Origin: an uncultured Pseudomonadota bacterium
GTDB taxonomy: Bacteria > Pseudomonadota > Gammaproteobacteria > CAJXQU01
DNA length: 64,000 nt
Assembly: GCA_913058255.1 (NCBI GenBank)
Contig: CAJXQU010000004.1
Location: forward strand, 95,302 to 159,301
Direction: 5' to 3'
The number at the start of each line of letters is the position of its first letter. Within the stretch, counting starts at the first letter, position 1. Below are positions 11,331 to 22,451 of this stretch, piece after piece. The notes beneath the pieces were generated by a model. It was not told the origin of the DNA and searched no databases. It worked only from the letters and a program-made list of their open reading frames with translations. The position numbers and the translations under genes are program-made.

Positions 11331-13115
11331 ATGCCACAGGACAGACAGAGCAATATATTAATGGTTGAAGAGTGTGACAACAAAGTTTCGTTGTGTGACC
11401 TGCTGTCTAAGCAAACGAAGAGTCGTTTCTTTACCGAACAAGTCTCAAGGCTGGATGACGCCATTATAAGTCTGCAGAACACTCACTTCGATGCCGTTCT
11501 TGTTGATCTGGATACAGAAAACTATGATGGATTAGAAGTCATTTCTGAAATACTCTCGTACGATCCAATAATGCCCATTGTCGTGACTGGCGTTGCTTCA
11601 AATGAAAAATTTGAGCTTGATACCATACATTTGAATGTGCATGAATATTTGCGTAAGGGGCAGTATGGAAGTGTTCAACTTGCCAGCACGTTAAGTTTTG
11701 CGATTGAAAGTAAAAAAAATCATCATCTTGAAGAGCTACGAGCACATTACGATCAACTAACGGGGCTTGCTAATAGGGCATTGTTTTATTCAGGTCTGGA
11801 AGAGGTCATTGTTGTATCGAAACAAGCAGGTCGGATGGCCAGTTTGTTGTTAATCAACCTTGATGATTTCTCTCAGATAAACAAAAAAAATGATAGTTTA
11901 GCTGGGGATGAAGTTCTCAAGCAAACTGCACTTAGATTAAAAGACTGTATTTCAAAATATAAACCTTCAGCACAACTGTATCATTTGGGTAGTGATGATT
12001 TCGCTATTACTTTAGATTCTGTAAATAAACCATCCGAGGTGACTTTTTTAGCTGAAAAAATTAATGCTTGTTTGTCTCGAAAAATGGACGTGAATATTGA
12101 AGGAAGTGAGCAACGAATTAAAGTAACGGCAAGCTTGGGGCTTGCGTTCTATCCACTATGTACGGATGCTAAAAGTCTGGTTTACTCAGCTGAGACTGCC
12201 TTATTCCGCGCTAAACATGCGAAGGTGGTTAAAGGTAATTTTTATAAAATTTATACCAAAGAGCTAAGCCAAGAAGATATCCGTAAATATTCAATGGAAA
12301 CAGAGCTTGAGTTTGCATTAGAGAAGGAGCAATTTCACCTTTATTATCAACCACAAGTGGACTTGCATACGGGTGAGTTAATGGGATTCGAAGCGCTGCT
12401 TAGATGGAACCACCCTAAGCTAGATCTTCTTTATCCCAGTGCTTTTATTGAACAAATAGAGACATCCGAACAAGGTTGGGATCTGACCGAGTGGGTTCTC
12501 AACATTGCCTGTAGACATCTAAAATCATGGCATAGTTTTGGAAATCCAAACTTAAAAATGGATATTAATATTTCACCATTTCAGCTAAGCGATCCTGAAT
12601 TGGTTTCTAAAGTAAAAAAAATTTTGAAAAAAACGGGTCTTGAAGCAAAGTATCTAGAGCTAGAGCTGACAGAAAGACAGCCGTTACCGCAATCTGTAAA
12701 TGTTTGTCACCGTAATATAAAAGCATTACGTGAGCTCGGTGTTTGTTTTGCCGTTGATGATTATGGAACGGGAAATAATTCCGATAGCTGTTTGCGACAG
12801 TTTCCTGAAAATACATTTTCAACGATAAAAATTGATCGTTCTTATGTAAAAGAAATAACCACGAATGCGACAACAGTCAAGTGTATAAAACGCGATATCG
12901 ATTTTGCACATAAGCTAGGAATGCAGGTGATTGCAGAGGGTGTAGAAAAACTTGATCAGCTGAGAATTATCAAAGATTTAGGAGCGGATATCGTACAAGG
13001 GTTTGTCGTTAGTGAAGCCGTACCAGCACCTTTACTCGCGGATGACATTTATAAAGGCAACTTTGATTTAGACAGAATTTACGAAAGGAACAGTCTGGCT
13101 ACAACTATTCATTAA
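11331..13115 (+). CDS. REC-GGDEF(degenerate)-EAL protein, probable c-di-GMP phosphodiesterase
   Basis: Receiver-like N-terminus (LVDLD), DQLTGLANR, GSDDF in place of GGDEF, FEALLRW, DDYGTG, KIDRS, AEGVE. Confidence 0.85.
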   Translation: MPQDRQSNILMVEECDNKVSLCDLLSKQTKSRFFTEQVSRLDDAIISLQNTHFDAVLVDLDTENYDGLEVISEILSYDPIMPIVVTGVASNEKFELDTIHLNVHEYLRKGQYGSVQLASTLSFAIESKKNHHLEELRAHYDQLTGLANRALFYSGLEEVIVVSKQAGRMASLLLINLDDFSQINKKNDSLAGDEVLKQTALRLKDCISKYKPSAQLYHLGSDDFAITLDSVNKPSEVTFLAEKINACLSRKMDVNIEGSEQRIKVTASLGLAFYPLCTDAKSLVYSAETALFRAKHAKVVKGNFYKIYTKELSQEDIRKYSMETELEFALEKEQFHLYYQPQVDLHTGELMGFEALLRWNHPKLDLLYPSAFIEQIETSEQGWDLTEWVLNIACRHLKSWHSFGNPNLKMDINISPFQLSDPELVSKVKKILKKTGLEAKYLELELTERQPLPQSVNVCHRNIKALRELGVCFAVDDYGTGNNSDSCLRQFPENTFSTIKIDRSYVKEITTNATTVKCIKRDIDFAHKLGMQVIAEGVEKLDQLRIIKDLGADIVQGFVVSEAVPAPLLADDIYKGNFDLDRIYERNSLATTIH

Positions 13116-13276
13116 TGATGGATATATCTGTTGATGCTGACGATATGGCTTACTGGGCACCCCTCCTGACTTTTAAAAAACACTTGATCTGACTGAGCTA
13201 GTCACTAGCCAATCGTTTTCCTTCGCTATTTATAGTAGGATCCGACGATTTTATTATTATCGTAGGATCCTCTGTC

Positions 13277-14375
13277 ATGTTAGAGTTAAATGCTATTTTT
13301 ATCCGCATCAAAGAGATGCAAGAGCGTGTTGATGCCCTCAGGGGGTACCTTTGACTACGACCTCCGGTGTGAACAGCTGACAGAAGTTGAGCGTGAGCTT
13401 GAAGACCCTGCTATCTGGAATGATCAAGAGCGGGCACAGGCTCTAGGTAAAGAAAGATCCTCTCTAGAAAAAATCGTCAATACCATCAAAACGCTTGATG
13501 GTGGTCTTAACGACGGTATTGAATTCCTTGAACTAGCCAAAGAAGAAAACGACGAAGACACGGTCAACGAAGTGATCAGTGAACTTGATAGCATGGAAAC
13601 GGGTTTAGCCGAGCTAGAATTTCGTCGTATGTTTTCTGGCGAAACGGATGGATGCAGTGCATTTGTAGATATTCAATCAGGATCAGGAGGCACCGAAGCG
13701 CAAGATTGGGCCGAAATGATCCTACGTATGTATCTACGCTGGGGTGAGCGACATGGTTTCAAAACCGAGTTGATGGAAGCTTCCGCAGGTGATGTTGCCG
13801 GAATCAAAAGTGCCACGATCAAATATGAAGGTGAATATGCTTATGGTTGGTTGCGCACAGAAACAGGCGTGCATCGTTTAGTCAGAAAATCACCTTTCGA
13901 TTCAGGTAATCGGCGGCACACTTCCTTTGCTTCTGTTTTCGTATCTCCTGTCATCGATGATGAGATCGAGATTGAGATTAACCCGGCTGATCTACGTGTG
14001 GATACCTATCGTGCTAGTGGTGCTGGTGGTCAACACGTCAATAAAACTGATTCTGCGATCCGACTGACGCATGAACCCACTGGGATTGTTGTGCAATGTC
14101 AGAATGATCGCTCGCAACATAAAAACCGTGCGAACGCGATGAAGCAGTTAAAGTCAAAACTGTATGAGCTAGAAATCCAAAAACGAAATGATGATCAGCA
14201 GGTATTGGAAGAAGGTAAATCTGATATCGGTTGGGGCAGCCAAATCCGATCTTATGTGTTGGATCAATCGCGCATCAAAGATTTAAGAACCGGTGTCGAA
14301 ACGGGCAACACTCAAGCAGTGTTAGATGGCGACCTAGACAAGTTTATCGAAGCAAGTCTGAAAAGTGGCTTGTAA
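13277..14375 (+). CDS. prfB: Peptide chain release factor 2 with programmed +1 frameshift
   Basis: ATG at 13277 gives [25 protein letters not shown], then CTT TGA C at 13349-13355. The +1 frame continues DYDLR... with the SPF and GGQ motifs. Confidence 0.98.
13340..13355 (+). promoter_or_regulatory. prfB frameshift site (internal SD AGGGGG + CTTTGAC)
   Basis: AGGGGGTACCTTTGAC matches the canonical RF2 autoregulatory site. Confidence 0.97.
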
Positions 14376-14425
14376 TTCGCAAATATTAAATTTAAAAATA
14401 TTAAGAAATTAATAAGAGAAAGAAC

Positions 14426-15949
14426 ATGAGTGACGCAAAAAACAGCAATGATAATAAACCTGAAGTCAGCGAACGAGATCAAGTAGCGCAACGCCGTGCT
14501 AAGCTAGATGAATTGCGTGAAAATGGTAATCCTTTTCGCAACGATTTTCGTCGTGATTCATTAGCCGCAAAATTAGAAGCTCGCTTCGGTGATAAGACGA
14601 AGGAAGAGCTTGAAGCAGAGCCGGTTAGAGTAACGGTTGCTGGGCGTATGATGACACGTCGTGTTATGGGCAAGGCATCGTTTGCACATCTACAAGACAT
14701 GTCTGGTCAGATCCAGCTTTACGTCAAACGTGACGATCTTCCCGAAGGTCGTTATGGTGAATTCAAACGTTGGGATATTGGTGACATTATTGGTGCTGAA
14801 GGCATCATGTTTAAAACCAATAAAGGTGAACTTTCAGTGTTGTTGGATGACATTCATCTACTAACAAAATCGTTACATCCGTTGCCAGAAAAATTTCATG
14901 GTTTGAGCGATCAAGAAACAAAATATCGTCAACGCTATCTTGACTTGATCATGAACGAAGGTGCGCGAGACACCTTTAGAAAACGGTCAGCGATTGTCGA
15001 CTACATCCGTCGTTATTTGATGGGCAAAGAATTTATGGAAGTTGAAACGCCAATGATGCAGGTCATTCCTGGCGGCGCAACGGCAAAACCATTTACCACG
15101 CATCACAATAGCTTAGATATGCAACTTTATTTGCGTATCGCACCAGAGCTTTATCTCAAACGTCTAGTGGTTGGTGGTTTTGAGCGCGTGTTTGAAATCA
15201 ACCGGAACTTCCGTAACGAAGGCTTATCAACGCGACATAACCCAGAGTTCACTATGTTGGAATGGTATCAAGCCTATTCTGATTATAATGACCTAATGGA
15301 TCTGACCGAAGACATGTTGCGATCAATTGCGAAAGATGTGATTGGAACAACGACGATTACTTATCAGGAAAAGGATTATGATCTGTCAAAACCATTCAAA
15401 CGAATGACGGTTAAAGAATCGATTCTAGAATTTAATTCAGATCTAACAATTGAGCAACTGGAGTCAATCGAAAGTGCAAAACAAATCGCTGAAGATTTAG
15501 GAATTCCATTAAAAGGCACTTATGGTTTAGGAAAAATTCAGATCGAAATTTTCGAAAAAACGGTCGAGGCGAAGCTTGATGATCCAACCTTTATCACCGC
15601 ATACCCAACGGAAGTTTCACCACTAGCTCGCCGTAATGATGACGATCCATTTGTAACTGATAGATTTGAATTTTTCTTAGGTGGACGAGAAATTGCTAAT
15701 GGTTTCTCAGAATTAAATGATCCGGATGATCAAGCCGAAAGATTCAAAAAACAAGTGGAAGAAATGGAAGCGGGTGATGATGAAGCGATGCATTTTGATG
15801 CAGATTACATACGCGCACTAGAGCAAGGCATGCCACCAACAGCGGGCGAAGGGATCGGGATAGATCGTTTAGTTATGTTCCTAACCGATTCACCATCGAT
15901 CAAGGATGTATTGCTGTTTCCACATATGCGACCTAAGGCTGAATCTTAA
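14426..15949 (+). CDS. lysS: Lysine--tRNA ligase (class II)
   Basis: [18 protein letters not shown] and GIGIDRL motifs; follows prfB. Confidence 0.99.
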   Translation: MSDAKNSNDNKPEVSERDQVAQRRAKLDELRENGNPFRNDFRRDSLAAKLEARFGDKTKEELEAEPVRVTVAGRMMTRRVMGKASFAHLQDMSGQIQLYVKRDDLPEGRYGEFKRWDIGDIIGAEGIMFKTNKGELSVLLDDIHLLTKSLHPLPEKFHGLSDQETKYRQRYLDLIMNEGARDTFRKRSAIVDYIRRYLMGKEFMEVETPMMQVIPGGATAKPFTTHHNSLDMQLYLRIAPELYLKRLVVGGFERVFEINRNFRNEGLSTRHNPEFTMLEWYQAYSDYNDLMDLTEDMLRSIAKDVIGTTTITYQEKDYDLSKPFKRMTVKESILEFNSDLTIEQLESIESAKQIAEDLGIPLKGTYGLGKIQIEIFEKTVEAKLDDPTFITAYPTEVSPLARRNDDDPFVTDRFEFFLGGREIANGFSELNDPDDQAERFKKQVEEMEAGDDEAMHFDADYIRALEQGMPPTAGEGIGIDRLVMFLTDSPSIKDVLLFPHMRPKAES

Positions 15950-15958
15950 ATTTTAGAC

Positions 15959-15986
15959 CTACGGAGCCTGTATCTAGGCTCCGTAG
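15959..15986. terminator. Stem-loop after lysS
   Basis: CTACGGAGCCT-6 nt-AGGCTCCGTAG, a perfect 11-bp stem; weak U tract. Confidence 0.65.
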
Positions 15987-16474
15987 CAATGTTAATAGCT
16001 TTAAGAACCTTTCCCTCCAAAATGACCAAATTTGGTCTTGTGCTTTCAGTCTTACACCTTTCATTAAAACATCGAGCATTTCGCTGTAATCGTCAAATAA
16101 GCTAGAAGTCTATTCTATAACCTCTGATTTCGATTAATAAGTTAAGTCTCATCACTTGATTTGGAACTACCATTACTCTCCAATAAATATGTGTTAAGGA
16201 TTTTATTCAAAGGGCCGATACAGGAGGTAATTACCTTGAACTGAAGCATGTAGAACCAAAGGGATAAGTATTTCGCCTATCAAGTTTGTATCTAATTGGT
16301 TTTTGGATATGAAATTTTTGCTTCTTTTATTTAAGGTTCAAGCTAATAGAGTTTCTTGTTAAGTATTAAGCAAAATTAACATGAGCTATAAAATGACTAC
16401 CCTACTATTGAGTTGAGGGCAGTATAGGAATTTATATTTAATTGGATTAAAAGCGTCATGCGGGTTGAAATATT

Positions 16475-18214
16475 ATGTCTATTAATAAAATAATGTTGGT
16501 TTGTTTTTCATTTATCGGTGCATTTGCAGTATTGACTTTCACCTTTGTGTTCAAACTAAATGCTCTTACAGAAGATACTGAAAGGTTAGCTAAAGTAAGG
16601 TACCACTCCTATTTGGCTGCTGATGAACTACGCCAAAGCTCGGATGATCTGACGCGTCTTGGTCGGACTTATGCGGTCTCGGGAGAAGCCAAGTATGAAA
16701 AAATGTACATGGACATATTGGATATTCGGAATGGTAAAAAGCCTCGCCCGGATAACTACCATCGAATTTATTGGGATCTCGTTCTGAACTATGGAGACAA
16801 ACCAAAAGCTGATACAGAAACAATTGAACTCTCAAAAATAATGAAAGATCTTGGTTTTACAGAGCAAGAATTTTCAAAATTAAAGCAGGCACAAAAAAAC
16901 TCTGACAAGCTTGTTGCGATGGAAGTCAAAGCAATGAATGCCGTAAAAGGGAAATTTCAGGATGCACAAGGGGAGTACACCAACATTGGCATCCCGGACT
17001 TAGAACTGGCTAGGAATTTATTACACAGCAATGAATATCATCAGGAAAAAGCAAAAATCATGGCCCCGCTGGATGAGTTTCTGCATCTCCTCGAAGAACG
17101 TACTCAAATACAATTTATCAATACTGCTGAATCCACCAAAAGTTTGGTTCTAGTCAGTACTGGCTTGATGTTGCTGATTATTGTGACTGCGGTGGTAGGT
17201 TACATTATCCTCACTCGGTTCGTTACAAAACCTATCAATGAGATGTCAATGACTCTCAGCTATATAGGTAAAAATCAGGATCTACGCCCAAGGCTTGATA
17301 TGAAAGGTGGTTCTGAAATCATTCAAATTTCTGAAAATATCAATTACCTGATCGACAACTACTCTCTGACCGTTGAACAGGTAAATAATATTAACGATGA
17401 AGTCTCTGGCATAGTTAAGAGCATTACAGCACTTGGTCATGAAAATTTGAAGTTATCAAGCCAGCAGAAGAATGAAGTTGAGATGGTTGCTACGGCTATG
17501 GAACAAATGACAAACTCTTTATCTACCGTAACGGAAAACACATCCAGAGCAGAAGAACACGCAGCTAATGCTAACAAAGGGGCTTCCAGTGGGAAAACTA
17601 CGTTTGAAGTTGCATCCTCTGCATTCTCTTCATTGGAAACGGAGTTCGATGGAACTCGTCAGATTATTGATCAACTAGCTAGTGAAAGTAGCCATGTAGG
17701 AAATGTTCTAGATGTTATTAAATCTATTGCGGAGCAAACTAACCTATTAGCGCTTAATGCTGCAATTGAAGCAGCAAGAGCAGGCGAGCAAGGTCGAGGT
17801 TTTGCTGTAGTGGCAGATGAAGTTCGTTCGTTAGCTGAGCGCACACAAGCTTCTACATCAGAAATAGAAGAGATGATCTCAAATCTACAACACAAAGCAG
17901 AAAAAGCAACAAGCTCGATTAAAGAAAGTGCTGATAAAATAAAATCCGCAAGTGAAAGAGCTGAAACTGCAAGTAATGTTCTCGTCGATATCCAGACATC
18001 AGCTACGGATATCCATGCCTTGAATACAGTTATTGCCTCAGCAACCGAGGAGCAGTTAGGTGTTAGTACGGAAATAGCTAGAAATCTTGTCAATATCCAC
18101 GATTTATCAATTGAGCTTGATAGTAAAGTTCAGGACTTCAACCCTCTTATTTTGGATATACACAATCGTACTATGGCGTTACACAATCATGTGGCGCAAT
18201 TCAAAATAAAGTAA
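16475..18214 (+). CDS. Methyl-accepting chemotaxis protein
   Basis: Two TMs around a periplasmic domain, HAMP, and the [34 protein letters not shown] signature. Confidence 0.96.
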   Translation: MSINKIMLVCFSFIGAFAVLTFTFVFKLNALTEDTERLAKVRYHSYLAADELRQSSDDLTRLGRTYAVSGEAKYEKMYMDILDIRNGKKPRPDNYHRIYWDLVLNYGDKPKADTETIELSKIMKDLGFTEQEFSKLKQAQKNSDKLVAMEVKAMNAVKGKFQDAQGEYTNIGIPDLELARNLLHSNEYHQEKAKIMAPLDEFLHLLEERTQIQFINTAESTKSLVLVSTGLMLLIIVTAVVGYIILTRFVTKPINEMSMTLSYIGKNQDLRPRLDMKGGSEIIQISENINYLIDNYSLTVEQVNNINDEVSGIVKSITALGHENLKLSSQQKNEVEMVATAMEQMTNSLSTVTENTSRAEEHAANANKGASSGKTTFEVASSAFSSLETEFDGTRQIIDQLASESSHVGNVLDVIKSIAEQTNLLALNAAIEAARAGEQGRGFAVVADEVRSLAERTQASTSEIEEMISNLQHKAEKATSSIKESADKIKSASERAETASNVLVDIQTSATDIHALNTVIASATEEQLGVSTEIARNLVNIHDLSIELDSKVQDFNPLILDIHNRTMALHNHVAQFKIK

Positions 18215-18275
18215 CAAGCAGGCGAACCCATATGATGTTCTTATAAGTCAGGCTTGCTAAAAGAGGAACCATAAT

Positions 18276-19451
18276 ATGAAGAAAATAATTGGCTTATTGG
18301 CCATGGTAATTACATTAATATCACTTTCAGCGAATGCAGCAAAAAAATTTGAGGTAGATGAAAATAAATGGATTAGCATAGGTGCAGGTCTTCGTAGTAG
18401 CTTTACTTCAATGGAAAACGCTTCCCCTGATGGTAATAGCAGAAGTAATGACTTTAACCTTGATAGTGCTCGCATCTATCTGAATGGCCAAATCACTGAG
18501 ACTATCAAATTTGAGTTGAATAGTGAGTGTATTTTTTGCGGTAACTCTGCATTGGAAGAATATACGGTGCTTGATGCTATCGCTAAATTTGATTTTTCTC
18601 CGAAATTTAATCTTTGGGCAGGTCGGTTGCTGGTTCCCGCAGATAGAGCTGAGATGAGTGGTCCATATTACGCAAATACTTATGACTTTAATAAAACACC
18701 GTTCTATTCAGCAGATTACAGCGTTGATTTTGGCGATGGAGGTGCGGGTGTTTATGGTCGGGATCACGGCCTGACAATATGGGGAGCCTTAGGTAACGAA
18801 GATCGCTTAACCTATGCTGTTGGTGCATTTAATGGTCTACAGGGAGGTTCCAATAAAGATGACAACCTCTTGTATGCTGCCCGCTTGAGCTATAACTTCC
18901 TAGACGTTGAAAATAATCCGGGTTATTACACAAGCAGTACATATTATGGAAAGTCTGACATTTTTACGATTGCTTTTGCAATACAACATCAGGAAGATGG
19001 CGCTGGTACAGAGGCGGCTTCGGCTGATTTCACGGGCTATAGTTTCGATGTATTATTTGAGAGAGTCATTTCCAATGGTGGCTTGGTTACGTTGGAAGGA
19101 GAGTACAAAGTATTCGATACCGACTTGTCATCAGCAGCACTTGGAGATGCTTCCTGTTTTTGTCTCTTCAGTGGCGATGCGATAACGCTAACAGCTTTGT
19201 ATATGATCCCAGCAAAAGTTGGAATAGGACAATTTCAACCTTATATGCGTTATACCCGAAATGATCCTGACTTCAGCTCAACACGCTCCGAAACGGAAGC
19301 CGGCCTGAACTATATTATTAATGACCATAATGCGCGAGTGTCAGCTTTCTATCAACATGGAGACATTGCGACAAAGGGCCTAAATTATCGGCCTGGAGCT
19401 TCTGGTGAAAAGATCAGCGCTTATAAGATTGCCTTCCAATTACAGTTTTGA
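18276..19451 (+). CDS. Outer-membrane porin (FmdC/OprO-P-like)
   Basis: Signal peptide, alternating beta-strand pattern, C-terminal FQLQF; DSARIYLNG and WAGRLLVPADRAEMSGPYY resemble FmdC-type amide/urea porins (from recollection). Confidence 0.7.
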   Translation: MKKIIGLLAMVITLISLSANAAKKFEVDENKWISIGAGLRSSFTSMENASPDGNSRSNDFNLDSARIYLNGQITETIKFELNSECIFCGNSALEEYTVLDAIAKFDFSPKFNLWAGRLLVPADRAEMSGPYYANTYDFNKTPFYSADYSVDFGDGGAGVYGRDHGLTIWGALGNEDRLTYAVGAFNGLQGGSNKDDNLLYAARLSYNFLDVENNPGYYTSSTYYGKSDIFTIAFAIQHQEDGAGTEAASADFTGYSFDVLFERVISNGGLVTLEGEYKVFDTDLSSAALGDASCFCLFSGDAITLTALYMIPAKVGIGQFQPYMRYTRNDPDFSSTRSETEAGLNYIINDHNARVSAFYQHGDIATKGLNYRPGASGEKISAYKIAFQLQF

Positions 19452-19627
19452 TGTTTGAGTGATAGATGCGTCACGTTGATGGGCCGTTTGAAGTTTTATA
19501 AGGCATTAGCACTTGGCTTTAGCTGAGGATGCTATTAAAAAGCTGAGCTTACCTTTAAAACAAGGGATAGTTCATACTTTGATGGCTTCCTCACAGAATA
19601 TTTTATGAACCAGTTATTATAATTATA

Positions 19628-20172
19628 GAGACTGTCCTAGTTAACTACTTAAACTCACTTTTGCGCGACTGATTTAATTGAATTGTTGGGACGCTGTTGT
19701 TAAATCATCATTCACATTCCTGCAAAAAGAGATGGAAGTGGTCTTTAGGAACACCATTGAATTTACGCATATGCCGTTTAGCTTGGTCACAAAAACGTTC
19801 TATTCCATTAGTATGATTATGCTTATTTGCATATGATTAATTCTATAGTATTTAAACTCTGATACATTCAGGACGTTATAGCTTCTTCATGTACCGGTTT
19901 TAGCATCCGGTATGGAGGTGTAAAAAACTTGTCATTACGTAACTAATACAGGTACTCCATCATCTTTAAGCTGCTCACTATGGTTATATATTACCTAACG
20001 TAGCCGATGATAATAACCAGCTGTGGATTTACTGGCATCAGCTAAATAAGCTGCTGCTCGGGCAGTTGAAACAGCTACAAATAACTCTATTAAGCGACTT
20101 TATTTATACGAATTTAATTTGCTTTTTCTCATCCTGCTACCCTAAATTATCTTACTTGTTTAGGACAGATCT
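19628..20172 (-). mobile_element. Decayed IS1595-family (IS1016 group) insertion sequence
   Basis: Imperfect terminal IRs GAGACTGTCCTAG (19628-19640) and TTAGGACAGATCT (20160-20172) enclose a transposase pseudogene. Confidence 0.85.
19645..20132 (-). pseudogene. IS1016-like transposase pseudogene with stops, frameshifts and internal deletions
   Basis: Reads MRKSKLNSYK*SRLIELFVAVSTARAAA...YYHRLR* ... IPDAKTGT* ... YNVLNVSEFKYYRINH ... NHTNGIERFCDQAKRHMRKFNGVPKDHFHLFLQECE**FNN, collinear with IS1016 transposases. Confidence 0.9.
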
Positions 20173-20382
20173 TTTTTATTATCATAAAAAATAAACTAAG
20201 GTTAGAAAAAGCGATATATAAATATCGTTTTCTTGGGCATAGTAATTGCTTTGTGTATAACTACGTGATGCTAACTTTTTCTATCAAGAAGTCGTCCTCC
20301 CATTTTAAGGAAGACCATTTTTATGGTTTTTGAATCTAGATCTAGAGAGAGTTCACATTTTTTTATTCCGTAGGAGGAATAT

Positions 20383-20919
20383 ATGAAAGGTGTAGTTTTT
20401 ACTTTATTGAACGAAATGGTTGAAGAACAGTTTGGTCTGGAAGCCATGGACACATTGCTTACTAACGCAGGTTTAGAAGGCTGTTATATTAGTACAGAAA
20501 CTTACCCTGACGAAGAACTCTTTCTTCTGGTAGAAGAAGCAAGCAAATTAACAGGTATTGATGCGAATGATCTAGTTCGAAGTTTTGGTGAATTTATGTT
20601 GCCTCACTTTCACAAGAACTACCCTACTTTTTTTGAAGAAGGTATGAATCTTAAAAGCTTTTTACTAACGGTTGATCGAGTCATTCATGTTGAAGTCAAA
20701 AAACTGTTTCCTGAAGCTGGCTTGCCAGAATTTAATTACATAGATGAAAACGATAATCAGCTTACAATGATCTACAGTTCTCCACGAAAATTATGTATGC
20801 TGGCAGAGGGACTAATCGCCGGCTCAGCAAAACATTTCAACACGCAATATTCTTTGATACATGATGAGTGTATGCATGATGATAAAGATGCCTGTCATTT
20901 ACACATCACTATACAATAA
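20383..20919 (+). CDS. hnoX: H-NOX (heme NO/O2-binding) protein
   Basis: MKGVVF N-terminus, YPDEE, proximal His in IHVEV, YxSxR (YSSPR), and C-terminal Cys/His residues of the gammaproteobacterial Zn site. Confidence 0.93.
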   Translation: MKGVVFTLLNEMVEEQFGLEAMDTLLTNAGLEGCYISTETYPDEELFLLVEEASKLTGIDANDLVRSFGEFMLPHFHKNYPTFFEEGMNLKSFLLTVDRVIHVEVKKLFPEAGLPEFNYIDENDNQLTMIYSSPRKLCMLAEGLIAGSAKHFNTQYSLIHDECMHDDKDACHLHITIQ

Positions 20920-20927
20920 TACCGTAT

Positions 20928-21893
20928 ATGGACATCGCTGTTTTAGAACGTGCTTTTCAACGCGAAAGAAAACAAAGAAAGCATGCTGAAGAGCTGTTAG
21001 AGAACAAATCACGCGAACTGTTTCTCTCTTATGAAGAACTCAAGGAAGCACATAGTAGTTTGAGTGAAGCCCATGAAGAATTAAAACATAAACAACGGCA
21101 GTTAGTACAATCTGAAAAAATGGCTTCAATTGGCGTATTGTCTGCGGGTGTTGCTCACGAAATAAATAATCCAATCGGTTTTATTCTTAGTAATATAAAT
21201 ACATTTTCTTCCTATATGCCTATTTTTAAGAATGTACATTCGAAGCTTTTAAATATCACTGAAAAAACGGAAAGTCAGGCTGTTTTATATGAAAAAATCA
21301 GCATGGCAGCGGTCTATTTAAAAGATGAAGAAGTTGGTTACTTGCTAGAAGATGCCGGTGACATAATAGAGGAAACGACTGAAGGAATTCAGCGTGTTAA
21401 GGAAATTGTTGCTGGTTTAAAAGATTTTGTACGTGAAGATCAAGGAGAAAAAGAAAGCGCAAATATTAACGAGTCTATCCAGTCAACGCTTAAATTACTC
21501 AGTAACCAGCTTAAATATCATTGTGAAATAATCGAAAACTATGGTGACATACCTGATCTCCCTTGTCATATCGGTAAACTAAATCAAGTCTTTATGAATA
21601 TGATGGTCAATGCCGGTCAGGCTATTAAAGAGAAAGGTACAATTACAATAGAAACCAAAAAGTTGGGCAACCATATTATGGTTAGTTTTAGTGATACTGG
21701 CTCCGGCATTAGTGAAGAAAACCTAGCAAATTTGTACACACCTTTTTTTACCACCAAACCTGTTGGTGAAGGGACTGGCCTTGGTCTCTCTATTTCTCAT
21801 GGAATTATTGAAGAGCACGGTGGTGAAATTGATGTGGAAAGTGAGCTTGGTAAGGGCACAACATTCACGATCAAACTACCTGTTGATAGATAA
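20928..21893 (+). CDS. Cytoplasmic H-NOX-associated histidine kinase
   Basis: Coiled coil, H-box AHEINNP, N/G1/F/G2 boxes (DTGSGI, PFFTTK, GTGLGL); no TM or sensor domain; 8 nt after hnoX. Confidence 0.9.
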   Translation: MDIAVLERAFQRERKQRKHAEELLENKSRELFLSYEELKEAHSSLSEAHEELKHKQRQLVQSEKMASIGVLSAGVAHEINNPIGFILSNINTFSSYMPIFKNVHSKLLNITEKTESQAVLYEKISMAAVYLKDEEVGYLLEDAGDIIEETTEGIQRVKEIVAGLKDFVREDQGEKESANINESIQSTLKLLSNQLKYHCEIIENYGDIPDLPCHIGKLNQVFMNMMVNAGQAIKEKGTITIETKKLGNHIMVSFSDTGSGISEENLANLYTPFFTTKPVGEGTGLGLSISHGIIEEHGGEIDVESELGKGTTFTIKLPVDR

Positions 21894-21944
21894 AGTTTAG
21901 ATATGATCTAAATCTTGACTCAAGCATAATTTTGGCAAGCTATG

Positions 21945-22091
21945 GCCCAACTGCAGCATTTATATTTAAAAAAAACTAATGTGAACACCTGATAAAAAAA
22001 GTATGTTGGCATTTTATTAGATCAGTAAAAACTGGCAAAAAAACAGTTAAATTAAGGCTGTCAGCGTTGTTAATTGGCTGTTTAGTTATTA
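21945..22091 (-). repeat. Degenerate attC-like site
   Basis: Plus strand GCCCAAC-TGCAGC ... GCTG-TTTA-GTTATTA with terminal complementarity. Confidence 0.35.
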
Positions 22092-22136
22092 AACGAGAGA
22101 GAAGAATACAGGCCCTCAATATTCTTAATTTATCTA

Positions 22137-22231
22137 GCCTAACTACAAATATATTTTAAAAGTGTGTCAAAGGTAACTCGCTCGGGGTATCTGGTAAAAC
22201 ATCAGAGACTTATTTTTAAGTTAAGTTAGCT
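22137..22231 (-). repeat. attC-like site
   Basis: GCCTAAC...GTTAGCT; the first 26 nt (GCCTAACTACAAATATATTTTAAAAG) nearly repeat at 25085. Confidence 0.5.
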
Positions 22232-22349
22232 CTGGGGAGAGTAAATCAATCAAGCCTAAACCTCATTGGTTTCAGGGAGGACTCTTGCGGTCATGAATGA
22301 TGAGTTGGGTATTTTACTCACAAGCAGCCTCCGAAGCTTGCATAAACAG

Positions 22350-22451
22350 ACTTAACAATAAAGCGGAAGAAACAACCCTATTGTTGTTTTATTTTCATGT
22401 TCTATATACCGAACGTCTTTATCAACGCTCCTCCGAATAAACTTGTTATGC
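22350..22451 (-). repeat. attC-like site overlapping the stop codon of the 22446-23996 gene
   Basis: Minus strand GCATAAC (contains the TAA stop) AAG...CGGAGGA ... TCTTCCG...TT GTTAAGT; imperfect palindrome of 102 bp. Confidence 0.65.

Noticed and set aside
13290..13351. ORF-track N-terminus of prfB
   Set aside because: Artefact of the programmed frameshift; the true start is 13277.
15990..16474. Pseudogene, ncRNA or attC in the lysS-MCP spacer
   Set aside because: No recognisable translation; the CTATAAC...GTTAAGT pair is too closely spaced for an attC.
19633..20070. attC-like cores (GTCCTAG...GTTGGGAC; ACCTAAC...GTTGAAA)
   Set aside because: Explained by the IR and coding remnant of the IS1016-like element.
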